NCBI RefSeq assembly: GCF_000372725.1
Contig: NW_005201421.1
Coordinates: forward strand, 124,001 to 188,000
Direction of reading: 5' to 3'
Source: Emiliania huxleyi CCMP1516
Taxonomy: Eukaryota
Length of the DNA stretch: 64,000 bases
Shown here piece after piece: positions 12,240 to 23,438 of the stretch (positions are counted from its first letter, which is position 1; each line of letters begins with the position of its first letter). Under the pieces are notes generated by a model. It did not search any database and had not been told where the DNA came from. It was given only the letters and a program-made list of their open reading frames with translations. A program made the position numbers and the translations under genes.

Positions 12240-14372
12240 ATGGCGCGCCGCACTCCGCCGTCCGCGGAGGGCGTCGGCGACGTCCCTGCAAGCATTCGGA
12301 AGGCCGCCAAGGATGGCCAAGCGGGAACGGTGCTGGCGTGGTTCGACGGCGGCGGGTGGGTCGACGCGAGGCTCGAGTACACCTTTGGTGACGGCTCTCG
12401 TGCGAGCGGCATGACGCTGCTGATGCTCGCAATGGCCAATGGCCACGAGGAGCTGGCCGAGGCGCTTCTGCGGCGTGGCGCAGATGTCTCCTTGCAGCAC
12501 AGCAACGGTGGCACCGCGCTGAGCCTCGCCGCCGCGAACGGCCGCGAGAAGCTGGTCGAGCTGGCTTTGCGGCACGGCGCGGAGGTCAATAAGCAAAATA
12601 AGATTGGCAGCACAGCGCTGATGGACGCCGCCTACAAAGGCCACGAGCGGATTGTCGACACGCTGATCCGGCTCGGCGCAGAGATCAACCTGCAGGCCAA
12701 CAAGGGCGGCACCGCTCTGATGCTCGCCGCCGACGGCGGACACCCCGCCGTCGTGCTCCGCTTGCTGCGGGCGGGCGCTGACATGACGCTGCGCGACGTG
12801 TACGGTGAGACGGCGGTGCAGATCGCCAAGGAGAACGGCCACGCCGAGTGCGTCGAGGCTTTCAGGACGTATCTCGGGGAGGTGGCGACAGCTAGGAGCA
12901 AGGCGGCGTCGGCCGAGGCGGGCGGCGCAGGGGCGAACGGCGCACCCGCAGGCGAGGCGGCGGCGGGCGCCAGTGCCGTGGCCTCTGCTTTGATCGGCGA
13001 GGGCGGCACAGAGACCGCGCCGGGCAGCGAGGCGGCGCCAGAGGAGGTCGTGCTAGCGGCTCGGCGAGGCGACGGATTTCCGGTGCTGGCGTGGCTCGAC
13101 GGCGGCGGGCGGGCCGACGCGACGTTCGAGCACACCTTTGGTGACGGCTCTCGTGAGAGCGGAATAACACTGCTGATGGTCGCAGTGGGCAATGGCCACG
13201 CGGCGCTGGCCGAGGCGCTTCTGCGGCGCGGTGCAGATGTCTCGTTGCAGAACAGCAACGGCAATACCGCGTTGGGTCTCGCCGCAGTGAACGGCCACAA
13301 GAAGCTGGTCGAGCTGGCACTGCGGCACGGCGCGGAGATCAATCAGCGAAACAAGATTGGCAGCACAGCGCTGATGGCCGCCGCCTACGGAGGCGGCTTG
13401 CGGGTTGTCGACACGCTGATCCGGCTCGGCGCAGAGATCGACATGCAGAACAGCGACGGCCACACCGCTCTGATGGCCGCCGCCCTCGGCAACCATCCCA
13501 CCGTGGTGCTTCGCTTGCTGCGGGCGGGCGCAGACATGAAGCTGCGCAACGTGGTCGGTGAGACAGCGCTGCAGATTGCCAAGGAGAAGGGCCACGCCGA
13601 GTGCGTGCGCGCCCTCGAGGAGCATGCGGCGGCCAAGGCGGCGGCCGAGAAGGCGACGAAGGAGGCGGCGTGGGCTGCGGGGGCGGCGGAGAGGGAGGCG
13701 GCGAGGGCGGCGGAGGAGAAGGAGGCGGCGCGGCACGCCGACGAGCTGCTGGCGGAGGTCGAGGCTGAGAAGCGCGCCAAGGGCAAGAAGGGCAAGAAGA
13801 AGAAGAAGGGCGGAGGGGCGGGCGCGGCTGGGCCGTCGCAGGAGGCGGAGGAGGGTGCCGAGGCGCCGTCGGAGGCAGCTGAGGCCGCGAAGAAGGCCGA
13901 GGAGGAGAGAATGATGAGGCTTCTCGAGAAGTGTCACGAGGAGCGGATGCGGTTCGGCATCACGGCGGCGAGCCAGGCAGCGGCGTCGGCAGAGGTGGCT
14001 AAGGCGGCGCGCTTGGACGCTGCGGCGGACGAGGCGGAGGAGGAGGCAGAGGCGGAGGAGGAGGAGGCGGCGGCGGCCGTGGCGGCGCTGGCGGATGCCG
14101 AGGTGGATCGGGCGGAGGCCAGGGCGGCGCAGGTGGCAGCGACAGCAGCAGTGGAGAAGGTCATGGCGGCGCTGGAGGAGGCCAAGGCGGCGCTGAGCGA
14201 GGCCAAGGCGGCGCTGAGCGAGGCCGACTCGGCGCTTGAGGGGCGCGAGACGGAGCTTCAGGCGGCGATAGGCGCTGCAGAGGCCACGGGAATTGCTGCG
14301 GGCGCGGCGAGGGCCAGGGCGGACGCTGCCAGGGAGGCTGCGGATGCGGCCCAAAGCGATGCCGTTGCATAG
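12240..14372 (+). CDS. Ankyrin-repeat protein (two ankyrin modules, KGKKGKKKKK basic patch, Ala/Glu coiled-coil tail)
   Basis: Repeated GxTALMxAAxxGHxxxVxxLLxxGA motifs. Intronless. Probable start MARRTPP at 12240. Confidence 0.88.
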   Translation: MARRTPPSAEGVGDVPASIRKAAKDGQAGTVLAWFDGGGWVDARLEYTFGDGSRASGMTLLMLAMANGHEELAEALLRRGADVSLQHSNGGTALSLAAANGREKLVELALRHGAEVNKQNKIGSTALMDAAYKGHERIVDTLIRLGAEINLQANKGGTALMLAADGGHPAVVLRLLRAGADMTLRDVYGETAVQIAKENGHAECVEAFRTYLGEVATARSKAASAEAGGAGANGAPAGEAAAGASAVASALIGEGGTETAPGSEAAPEEVVLAARRGDGFPVLAWLDGGGRADATFEHTFGDGSRESGITLLMVAVGNGHAALAEALLRRGADVSLQNSNGNTALGLAAVNGHKKLVELALRHGAEINQRNKIGSTALMAAAYGGGLRVVDTLIRLGAEIDMQNSDGHTALMAAALGNHPTVVLRLLRAGADMKLRNVVGETALQIAKEKGHAECVRALEEHAAAKAAAEKATKEAAWAAGAAEREAARAAEEKEAARHADELLAEVEAEKRAKGKKGKKKKKGGGAGAAGPSQEAEEGAEAPSEAAEAAKKAEEERMMRLLEKCHEERMRFGITAASQAAASAEVAKAARLDAAADEAEEEAEAEEEEAAAAVAALADAEVDRAEARAAQVAATAAVEKVMAALEEAKAALSEAKAALSEADSALEGRETELQAAIGAAEATGIAAGAARARADAAREAADAAQSDAVA

Positions 14373-15794
14373 ACCATGCACTGTTTCTGGAGGGGCACGC
14401 GGGTTCGATTTTGCCGCGCATTCGGTTGTGTAACACGGGTTATACGTTTGCTGGGGCTGTACTTGTGTGGGGCGCGCATGCACACTATTCACTATTCTTA
14501 CACTAATTCACCACCATGCTCAACGTGCATATAAAAAGTGATCTCTCGTGCTGTGCATCCAGTACGTGATGGCCGGGCTGCGGTCTGCAGCTGCGCAGGC
14601 GCGCAGCCAGGCCGGGTCCAAAATGGGGGTCGAATACTCGCTGCCCCCGGAGAGGGACGACGGGTATCGACGCGGCCCCAGCAAGGTGTACGCCACAGTT
14701 CCCCAGGGGACCGTGGCGACGACCGTCGCCTCGGACTGGCTCGCGAAAGAGCTGGCCGAGCACGGAGAGATCGATGCGGCATACCGCGACCGCATAGTCA
14801 TGCACCTGATGACGGCCGCCGGCGCCTCGGCGCCGGCCGACGCCGTGTTCAGGTTCACGGCTGGCGACGCGATGCAGACCGAGGACGACGACGAGGACGC
14901 TGACCGCTCCGAGGATTATTCCGACGACGGGAGGGCGTCCGACTTGTAGCTGGCCTCACCCATATCTTACCCTCTGCCCCCCCCTCCTGCTACCCCCCAG
15001 GCTAGATGGTCACAGATAGCCCCACACAGCCCCTTACCCCTTCACCCTCGCCTCGCTGCTTGGTGTTTCTGAACACGTAGACGACCACGCTGTGGGGGTT
15101 GTGTTATAGGAGTAGGAGTGGGGTGCAGGTTGCTCACCCACGGCACCGGGCCGGTGCTTGCACTTTGAATGCCGTGGGGCTCCTGCCCGTGTCCCGGGCG
15201 TGGAGATGCGAGGGTCGCCCCCCCTTGCCCCACCACTTTGTGTGTGTGGAGACGTTTACCTTACCTTACCTTACCTTATCTCTCGTGCTCGCCACCTCCT
15301 GCGTGTGGGTGTGCCGTTGGGGGTGCCGTGCTCACTCGTCCACGGTCGCGGAGCGGCGGGGCGCGGCGGGGCTGGGGGCTCTCACTCTCCGCGGGGGGGG
15401 GAGCGGGGAGGGTAGCTTATGGTCGTGTGTGTGTGTGTGACTCGACACACTCACACTCACTTATGGTCGTAACTGAGGTTTGCATGCCGGAGGTAAGGCC
15501 GACGGGCGGCAAGGGCAACAATACGCTGAAAATCTCATTCTCGGGCGGCCCCTTTTCTCCGAGCACCGAGGGAGGGCTGAGGAGTCTTCATGTCGCCGAG
15601 CTCGTACCTCGCTCCTCGACCGAGGAGAGGACGATGTCGACCGCGCGCTGAGCCGAGCTCGAGCAGGAGAGACCGGGTGCGGTGCGGTGTCAACCTCTCC
15701 AGGTGGGGAGCGGGAAGAGGCCGGCAAAACCTCCGCGAATTCTTTTTTCGAAGCTGGGAGGAGCCGCTCAGCATCCGCAACCCCGCCCGTTTGC

Positions 15795-17825
15795 ATGCCC
15801 GGCCGAACGAAGGCTGGCTCGGCCGCGTCCCGGCGCGGGCACGCTTCAACGGCGGCTACTGCTGCGGCGCTCTCGCTGCCGAAAAGGATCGAGGCGGCGG
15901 CGGAGAACGGCAAGGTCGGCGTGGTGCAGACGTGGCTCGCCGGGGATGGGCGGGTTGACGCGACGTGCGTGCATAGCGGTGTGAGTGGCTGTACGCTCCT
16001 GCTGATCGCCGCCGAACACGGTCACAAAGAGATTGTCGAACTGCTGCTGAAGCGCGACGCGGAGGCGGACGCGCGCGACAGCGGAGGCGGTACGGCGCTG
16101 ATGGTCGCCGCCGCCAAAGGCCACGAGCGCGTGGCCGAGATGCTGCTGCGGCACGGCGCAGGGATCAACCTGCATAACAGTCTCGGCGGTACCGCGCTGA
16201 TGCTGGCCGCCCTCTACGGCCATCCCGCCGTTGTGCTCCGCTTGCTGCGGGCGGGCGCAGACATGAAAATGCGCGTTGCAGCGGGCAAGACGGCGCTACA
16301 GATCGCCAAGGAGGAGGGCCACGCCGAGTGCGTCGAGGCCGTCAGGACGTATCTCGGGGAGGTGACGGCAGCTCGGAGCAAGGCGGCGGCGGTCGAGGCG
16401 GGTGGCGCAGGGGCGAGCGGCGCACCCGCAGGCGAGGCGGAGGCGGGCACCAGTGCTGCGGCCTCTGCTTCGGGCGGCGAGGGCGGTGCGGAGGCCGCGC
16501 CGGGCAGCGAGGCGGTGCCAACGGAGGTCATGGACGCGGCTGGGGATGGCGATGAAGAGCCGGTGCTGGCGTGGCTCGACGGCGGCGGGCGGGTCGACGC
16601 GACGTTCGAGTGCACCTTTGGTGACGGCTCCTCTTCGAGCGGCATGACGCTGCTGATGGTCGCAATGTCCCATGGCCACGCGGGGCTGGCCGAGGCGCTT
16701 CTGCGGCGCGGTGCAGATACCTCATTGCTGACCAGCGACGGCATCAGCTATGCGCTGGGTCTCGCCGCTGTGAACGGCCACAAGAAGCTGGTCGAGCTGG
16801 CATTGCGGCACGGCGCGGAGGTGAATCAGCAAAACAATACCTGCGTCACTCCGCTGATGGACGCCGCCTACAAAGGCCACAAGCGGGTTGTCGACACGCT
16901 GATCCGGCACGGCGCAGAGATCGACATACAGGACAACGACGGCGACACCGCTCTGATGTTCGCCGCCCTCGGGGGTTGCCCCGCCGTCGTGCTTCGCTTG
17001 CTGCGGGCGGGCGCTGACATGACGCTGCGCGACGTGGACGGTGAGACAGCGCTGCAGATTGCCAAGGAGAAGGGCCACGCCGAGTGCGTGTCCGCCCTCG
17101 AGGAGCATGCGGCGGCCAAGGCGGCGGCCGAGAAGGCGACGAAGGAGGCGGCGTGGGCTGCGGGGGCGGCGGAGAGGGCGGCGGCGAGGGCGGCGGCGGA
17201 GGCGGAGGCGGCGAGGCACGCCGACGAGCTGCTGGCGGAGGTCGAGGCTGAGAAGCGCGCCAAGGGCAAGAAGGGCAAGAAGAAGAAGAAGGGCGGCGGG
17301 AGCGGCGGCGCTGGGCCATCGCAGGAGTCCGAGGCGCCGGCAGAGGCAGCCGCAGCCAAGCCCGCGCCTTTGGACAAGGAGGGGCTGCTCAAGCTTCTCG
17401 CGGAGCTCCACGAGGACAGGATCCGGTTCGGCATCACGCCGGAGACGTCGGTCGAGGGATTGGCGGAGGCGCTGGGAGAGGCGGCAGGCGAGGCGAGCGA
17501 GGAGGAGGGCGGCGAGGAGACGGCGGAGGCGGCCGAGGAGGAGGGCGAGGAGGAGGGCGAGGAGGAGGGCGAGGAGGCGGCAGCGGAGGCGGCAGCGGAG
17601 GCGCGCCGGCAGGCTGAGGCGGAGGCTGCGGCCGTGGCAGCGGCAGAGGAGGAGGAGGCTGCCGCAGCGGAGGAGGAGGCGGAGGAGGCGGCAGTAGCGG
17701 CGGCAGAGGCGGCGGCGGCAGAGGCGGCAGCGGCGGCGGCGGCGGCAGAGGCGGCGCTCGCCGCAGCCAAGGCGAGGCGCGCGTCAGTTGCCGCTGCGAG
17801 GGCCAGGGCGCGGGAGGCGGCCTAG
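15795..17825 (+). CDS. Ankyrin-repeat protein, tandem paralogue of 12240-14372
   Basis: Ankyrin motifs. Long near-identical DNA blocks are shared with the upstream paralogue (e.g. 17041-17295 vs 13558-13812). Confidence 0.88.
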   Translation: MPGRTKAGSAASRRGHASTAATAAALSLPKRIEAAAENGKVGVVQTWLAGDGRVDATCVHSGVSGCTLLLIAAEHGHKEIVELLLKRDAEADARDSGGGTALMVAAAKGHERVAEMLLRHGAGINLHNSLGGTALMLAALYGHPAVVLRLLRAGADMKMRVAAGKTALQIAKEEGHAECVEAVRTYLGEVTAARSKAAAVEAGGAGASGAPAGEAEAGTSAAASASGGEGGAEAAPGSEAVPTEVMDAAGDGDEEPVLAWLDGGGRVDATFECTFGDGSSSSGMTLLMVAMSHGHAGLAEALLRRGADTSLLTSDGISYALGLAAVNGHKKLVELALRHGAEVNQQNNTCVTPLMDAAYKGHKRVVDTLIRHGAEIDIQDNDGDTALMFAALGGCPAVVLRLLRAGADMTLRDVDGETALQIAKEKGHAECVSALEEHAAAKAAAEKATKEAAWAAGAAERAAARAAAEAEAARHADELLAEVEAEKRAKGKKGKKKKKGGGSGGAGPSQESEAPAEAAAAKPAPLDKEGLLKLLAELHEDRIRFGITPETSVEGLAEALGEAAGEASEEEGGEETAEAAEEEGEEEGEEEGEEAAAEAAAEARRQAEAEAAAVAAAEEEEAAAAEEEAEEAAVAAAEAAAAEAAAAAAAAEAALAAAKARRASVAAARARAREAA

Positions 17826-18399
17826 CCCGCGCGCAAGGACAGCTGGCGCAGTGGTAGCCATGGGGAAGGGTCTCTCGTACTCTGGGGTGCGTTCTCTTGT
17901 GAACGATCGTGGCTGTGGGCTGGGCCCCGCGCCGCGCGGGCGCGCGTGCAGTCCCTCGAGGTTGCCGGGAGCTGCTCACACAGCCGTACGAAGGGTGGGC
18001 GATGGCGCGGGAAAGTGGCATAGCCAATGCCATTGGTGTCTGAGAGCAGAGTGCGAGCATCTCTCAGACACCAGAGTCCGCAGAGTGTAGGAGCTGCTGC
18101 GGTGGCTGCTGCGCCCTGCGCGCGGCTGGCGGGCTGCTTGCTAGCTTGCAAGTTGCATGGGACTCTTCGAGCATGTCTTTGGGTGGGACTCTGAGTGAAA
18201 TCCTCTGTTCGTTCTATATTGACTCCCTATCGGCCTATGACTGTGTCGATACATTGTCGTTTTTTGGGAATGCCGAAAAAGGAAAGAAGAAACCAGCCGT
18301 TGACAGAGATAAAAATGCAGCAGAATCCTCGCCCAGGACCCTGCCGAGACGCGATCACGATGACACGGCGAGACCGAGAGAGCCCAGGCGGCGTCGACA

Positions 18400-18985
18400 G
18401 TAGCCAGCTTAGCCTTCTCCTCTTGGACAATCTGCAGCGCCGTCAGACCGCGCGCAGAGCGCGCCTTCGTATCTGCTCCCGCTTGTAATAGACGTTGCAC
18501 GATAGCGAGGTAGCGTTGCTCATGGCCTCTTTTTTGGCAGCGTGCCGGTGATCGTGGCCTCTCATGACAGAGGCCTTCAGTGCGGTGATGTCATCTCAAG
18601 GTTGACCTCTGCGCCGTGCTGCACTAGGCTCGACCACACGCGAGTGGCACTTGTCGGCGGCGACCCTGAGCGCCGTGCAGCCGGTGTTGTCTTGCAGGTC
18701 GACCTCCGTGCCGCGCTGCAGTAGCAGCTCGACCACACGATCGTGGCCCTTGCCGGCGGCGGTGTGCAGCAGCGTGAAGCCCGTACTCTCGTTAGCGAAC
18801 GCCTTCTCATATAACGCCAGCAGCGTCGCCTCATCGCCTTGGAGATCTGCTGTCATGGCTTCTTCGGCCCGAGCAGGCGCCGCCCGCGCCGCCCGCCGAC
18901 GCCTCGCGCTGGCCCGCGGTTACCTCCGCGATGTGCTGCCGGAAAGCGTCGACGCACGCTTCCTTCCCCTTCGCCTTGGCCACGA
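18400..18985 (-). pseudogene. Degenerate ankyrin-repeat gene
   Basis: GFTLLHTAAGKGHDRVVELLLQRG, LVQHGAEVNL and LLQAGADTKARSARGLTALQI fall in different frames, indicating frameshifts. Confidence 0.7.
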
Positions 18986-19402
18986 CGCCCATCCTCGACT
19001 CCACCATTTCTCAGCGTCCGTCCTTAGAGTTGGACCGTCTCGACACGTGGTGGGTTCCAGAGCAGTCTGCTCGGTTTTCCAGTGTATGTAGTTAGGTATA
19101 TAGCTCTTCCTATTTTCTCTTCCTTTTGAGATTTTCATTTCTCTGCTCGCCAAGTTTAGGTGAGCCAAGTGAATTTCGTTTAGGTGAGCCAAGTGAATTT
19201 CGTTGAAATTTGAACCCTTAGAATCTTTCAACTCCAACTCTAAAAAAGAAACCCGAAATAACGGCTCATCCTTCATCGCGGCAAGGGGGGTCGGCAGATC
19301 CAAAGGAGGCGCGAGGGGGGTTAGTTTCGTCCGGTGCACTCTACCAAATGATCCGCCTCCCGTGGCGCGTTCCCTGGCAGTGCCTCTCTCCTTGAGTCCA
19401 GG

Positions 19403-20800
19403 ATGCCAGCCGTCCGCCGCTATGAGTTTGGAGTCTCGCTGTACGGCGAGCCGGTCGGCCGGGCGGCGATCAACGTGGAGTGCAGTAGAGCCGACGGCTT
19501 CCAGGAGGTCGAGAATGCGCTCTCGCGCCTCCACAATGCATGCCACGATGCAGTGTCGAGCATGCAGCTGAGAAGCTTCCTCAGGCTCGTCTGCATCTCA
19601 ACGACGCCCGGGCCGCTCAAGGAGTGGCTCGGAGAGGAAGCGTACGAGCAGGCACTGCTGGTCGCGATGCTGGCCGGCATGCTTGCTCCCTTGGCAGCAG
19701 GGCAAGGCCTCACGGCGATGGCGCAGGTGAGGGTCCGAGCTCTCGCCCTGGAGAAGCTCCGCGCGGGCGACGGCAGCTGGGTTCTGCCGGTCACGACTGC
19801 AGCTCTCGCGGCCACCTGCCTGGCAGCCGATCACGAGGTTCTGGTCGAGATTGTGAGCGCCAGGCCACCGGTCGAAGAGAGCGAGGCTGCGGTGCAGAGC
19901 ACGCTACTAATGGTGCTGGGGGAGGTGCGCAAGAGATCCGATGACACCTGCAGTCGCCTCGCAATGGTGCACCCAGTGCTGCTCGCGCTCCTTCAGAGCA
20001 ACACGGCCAGCTGCTCCGAACTCGTCGAGTCTGTGGCGGAGGCTGGCGAGCTGCAGCTTCGCGCAAAGTGCGAGGTGGATGCCGACTCGCACCTGCGCCG
20101 CAGCTGCGACCAGTTCCGGCGGCTTCGCGACGGGATAGAGAGCATCAACAAGGTGGCCGTCACGGAGGGCGACCCACTCCAGGAGTTGGACCTTGACAAG
20201 GCGACCAACAAGCCCCCAGCGTCGGATCCAGACAAGCCGCCAACAGTGGCTCGCGCCACCTGCGATTCGCCTCCTGTCGCGGTGGTGCCGGCGGTGGCGC
20301 GGCTGCTCAAGACGCCGACCAAGAGGTCGAGCCCAGCCTCGAGCGGCGACCAGCGGCCCAAGCTACACGCGTGCACCGCCTGTCAAAAGGCGAGGACCGC
20401 ATGCACCGACGAGCGACCGTGCCCTCGCTGCACTCGGCTCGGCCTGCTGTGCGAGGGGACCGCCAAGCCGATGCGCCGCGCCTGTGCGCATTGCAAGCGG
20501 GCCAAGGTGCGGTGCAACCTCAACGATGCCAGTCCCTGTGAGCGCTGCGTGCGCCTCGGACTCGACTGCTCTGCGCGCCCCCCTCCAAAGAGGCCACGCG
20601 ATGAGGGCCCAAAGCCCGACCCCCTTCCCGCGGACTCGGGTCTGGGCCTGGCCGCCTCCGGCGTCTTCTCCGTGGGCGTGGACGAGGCGGAGCTGAGCCC
20701 GATCTCGCTGGCGACGCTGCCGGGCGGCGAGGACTTTGCTGACCTCCTGTTTAAGGTTGACGATTTCGACTTTGACGGCGCCGACGTGCACATGCTGTGA
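19403..20800 (+). CDS. Transcription factor with two tandem Zn(II)2Cys6 (GAL4-type) clusters and acidic C-terminus
   Basis: ACTACQKARTACTDERPCPRCTRLGLLC and ACAHCKRAKVRCNLNDASPCERCVRLGLDC match CxxCx6Cx5-6CxxCx6C. Acidic tail EDFADLLFKVDDFDFD. Confidence 0.85.
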   Translation: MPAVRRYEFGVSLYGEPVGRAAINVECSRADGFQEVENALSRLHNACHDAVSSMQLRSFLRLVCISTTPGPLKEWLGEEAYEQALLVAMLAGMLAPLAAGQGLTAMAQVRVRALALEKLRAGDGSWVLPVTTAALAATCLAADHEVLVEIVSARPPVEESEAAVQSTLLMVLGEVRKRSDDTCSRLAMVHPVLLALLQSNTASCSELVESVAEAGELQLRAKCEVDADSHLRRSCDQFRRLRDGIESINKVAVTEGDPLQELDLDKATNKPPASDPDKPPTVARATCDSPPVAVVPAVARLLKTPTKRSSPASSGDQRPKLHACTACQKARTACTDERPCPRCTRLGLLCEGTAKPMRRACAHCKRAKVRCNLNDASPCERCVRLGLDCSARPPPKRPRDEGPKPDPLPADSGLGLAASGVFSVGVDEAELSPISLATLPGGEDFADLLFKVDDFDFDGADVHML

Positions 20801-21227
20801 TTCGCATTCGTAGGGCATGGTTGAGCTTCTCTGCACTCTGGCATGGTGACTTCTCTGAAGACTGGTGATTTCATGAGCATTAGCATGACCACACTATCTT
20901 CAAAAACTGTTCGGTTTTCAAAGGCAAAACACACATCGCTGACACAAGTCTCACACAACCCCTACTTACACGAGCCGAGACAACACCAACACCCCCCCTC
21001 ATCACGCCAACCTTTACTTGAGCACATCTCCCTGCGAGCTAGAATCTCCGCATTTTCTCCCCTAGTTATCCTCCCGCGCCGCGCGCCATCTATGGACGTC
21101 TAGACTAGAGTGCAGCCCGACTGACGGATTTATCCCAGAGGTGTGGTCGACGGACGACCACAGCACCACCACACTCTACGATCTCTTAAATTTCAGTAAA
21201 CAAAGGAGGCTGCCCACGTCTCGCCCA

Positions 21228-22707
21228 TCACCCCGACACCACCCCCAGCATGCGCCGCACGAGGTGCGCCGCGCGCTCGCAGATTTCCACCCATACCGAC
21301 GTGGCGCCCGCCATCGACACGGCGTCCTCTTGCATGAGTCGCGCGGCGCCGAGCCGCAAGTCCGCAGCAGCGGCGCGGTCGGCGGTGTCGCGAAGCGCAG
21401 CGGGCGAGCTCAGCCAGTCCGGGAGCGGCGGCAGCGATGCACACGCGTGGCACTTGCAAAACACGTCCTGGCTCCCGCACGGCGCTGCCAGCTTGCGGGC
21501 CGTGTATGCGCTGGCGGCGCAGCTGGCCCAAGCCTATGTTCGCCGAGATTAGCCGAGGTGAGCGAGATTATGAGCGAGATTGAGGCGCACCCACCGCTCC
21601 GCCGACTTTGACCTGCGATTCCGGGTCGCAGCACTGCGCCGCAGTGACAAAGGCGTCGGCCGCCGCGCTGAACTCGCCGAGTGCCGCCCGCGCGTTGCCG
21701 AGGTCGCCCCATCCCAGAGGGATGGCGGGCGCCAGCTCGGTGGCCCGCTCGAACAGCTCTGCAGCGGCCGCGTACCCGCTCCGCCGGCTCTGGCTCTGGC
21801 CTCGCTCGCAGAGGTCGAGGTACCGGATCGAGCCTGCCCGCGAGAGCACCTCCGTGTCGAGCTGTGCGAGGTGCGGCTTGCTCTGCTCTGTCAGGACGCG
21901 ATCAAACGAGCCGTCCGAGACGATCTGCAACGCCTTGCAGTAGCTCTTCTCGGCAGTGGCATGGTCGCCGACGCCGGCGTGAGCCTCGCTGTGCAGGCGC
22001 CAAGCGACAATCGAGTCCGGATCGGCCTCCACCACATCCTCCGAGGTTTGACGCAGGCACTCGGGCGTCGCCATCCACGCGGGCAGGGGCGGTAGCCGGA
22101 GCTTGCACGCCGTACACGTCCCGAGCGAGCACTCTCCGCACCCCTTCATCGCCTGCTTGCGAGCCTGGAAGGCCCCGCACACGCTCGCCGCCCACGGCGG
22201 CGACGCCACCGGGCAGCGCTCCGCGCACGCGACAAAGCTCGCAAAGGCGCCCAAGCAGTCGCCTGAAGCCAGGCGCACCTCCGCCAAATCGCCCCAGGCA
22301 AGCGGGTTGGCCTGCTGGAGCTCGATTGCGCGCCGCAGCAGCACGTCCGCCTTGGCGTGGTGCCCGCGAGCGCTCTCGGCGCGGGCCTCCTTGCACAGCT
22401 TGGTGTAGCTGGCGGTCCGTGGCGACGGCGGCGCTGCCGCGTGCCCGAGAGAGCTCTGGATGCCTGCCTCCGTGCACAGCCTGCTGTGGCTGGCGGCCCG
22501 AGCCGGCGACGGCGACGGCGATCCACTGGCGGTGAGCCAGGCCTTTGGACCATTGCTCTCAATCAACTCGGCGTCCTCCGGGATTGATGCGACACGAGGC
22601 GGCGACCGAGGCGGCGAACGAGTCGGCTTGCCATCTCCACTCACGGCCTCAGCTACAAGCGCGAAGTCCGGCGGGTCGATGGCGGCTCGGCGGTAGAGCG
22701 GCTGCAT
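21228..22707 (-). CDS. TPR-repeat protein with duplicated Cys-rich module (2+ exons; intron about 21535-21612)
   Basis: TPR-like helices (RAIELQQANPLAWGDLAE; RATELAPAIPLGWGDLGNARAALGEF) and a repeated WA…C..C..LPPLP.W module. The start is uncertain. Confidence 0.65.
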
Positions 22708-23002
22708 CCGCCGTGACTCGTGACGAGGACTGATGGGGCGGTGAAGGTGCTTGTCGTGGTGCAGGCAGGACGATCCGCTTCAAAGGCAATGACTTCAGCT
22801 GGGTTCATGATGTCGTGAACAGGCTCCCCTGGGCTGGGCGCCGATGATGACGCGGCGGCGCACACACTGGAGGGTCAAGGAGTTGCCCAGGAACGATTTC
22901 CAAACGGCGACACCGTTTGATTGGGGGAGCACGAGGGATCTTCTCCTTCTTCGCGCGACTTTGTGGGTGAGAGCGAATGGGGCGCGGTTCACGCCAAACA
23001 AA

Positions 23003-23118
23003 CATTCGCTCTCACCTGGCAACCCTGTCTGCACGTCTCGCGCGCGCGTGAACAGGGCTCCAGGCCCCAAATGACGTGTGAGTGTTAGAGTTGTTTGGTA
23101 TTGCTAAAAATCTCTCTC
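23003..23118 (+). mobile_element. Very short 3' stub of RLE-type non-LTR retroelement family A
   Basis: Matches the 3' end of 50064-50516 (cattcgctctcacctggcaaccc…gctaaaaatctctctct). Flanked by TTCACGCC repeats. Confidence 0.8.
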
Positions 23119-23197
23119 TTCACGCCTCGCACAACAGAGTTTTGTTGTCGACTTTGTCGCTTGGGGGCCTCCTCTACCTCTTCCTAGTACATGTATT

Positions 23198-23400
23198 GGA
23201 ACCAGCAGCGTGTTTGAGTGAGTGCGATTCGGTGTGCCCAGTAAGCCGTGGCGCGTGGGGGACGATGTCAAGCGCGGCGCGCGTTTTCTTTTCTAGTGCG
23301 CGCCAGTCCCGTGCCCAGGGTCGTGCGAGGGAGCGCCTGGTGCACTTGGAGCACTTGGAGTGCAGTCATCAGCCGCACATCCAAAAAGAAAGAAACAAAA
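23198..23400 (+). repeat. ~190-bp dispersed repeat with (AAAG)n tail, copy 1
   Basis: Near-identical to 24977-25180. Confidence 0.8.
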
Positions 23401-23438
23401 CAGAAACCCAAAGAAGACGGTAAATTCTTTTCTTCGCG

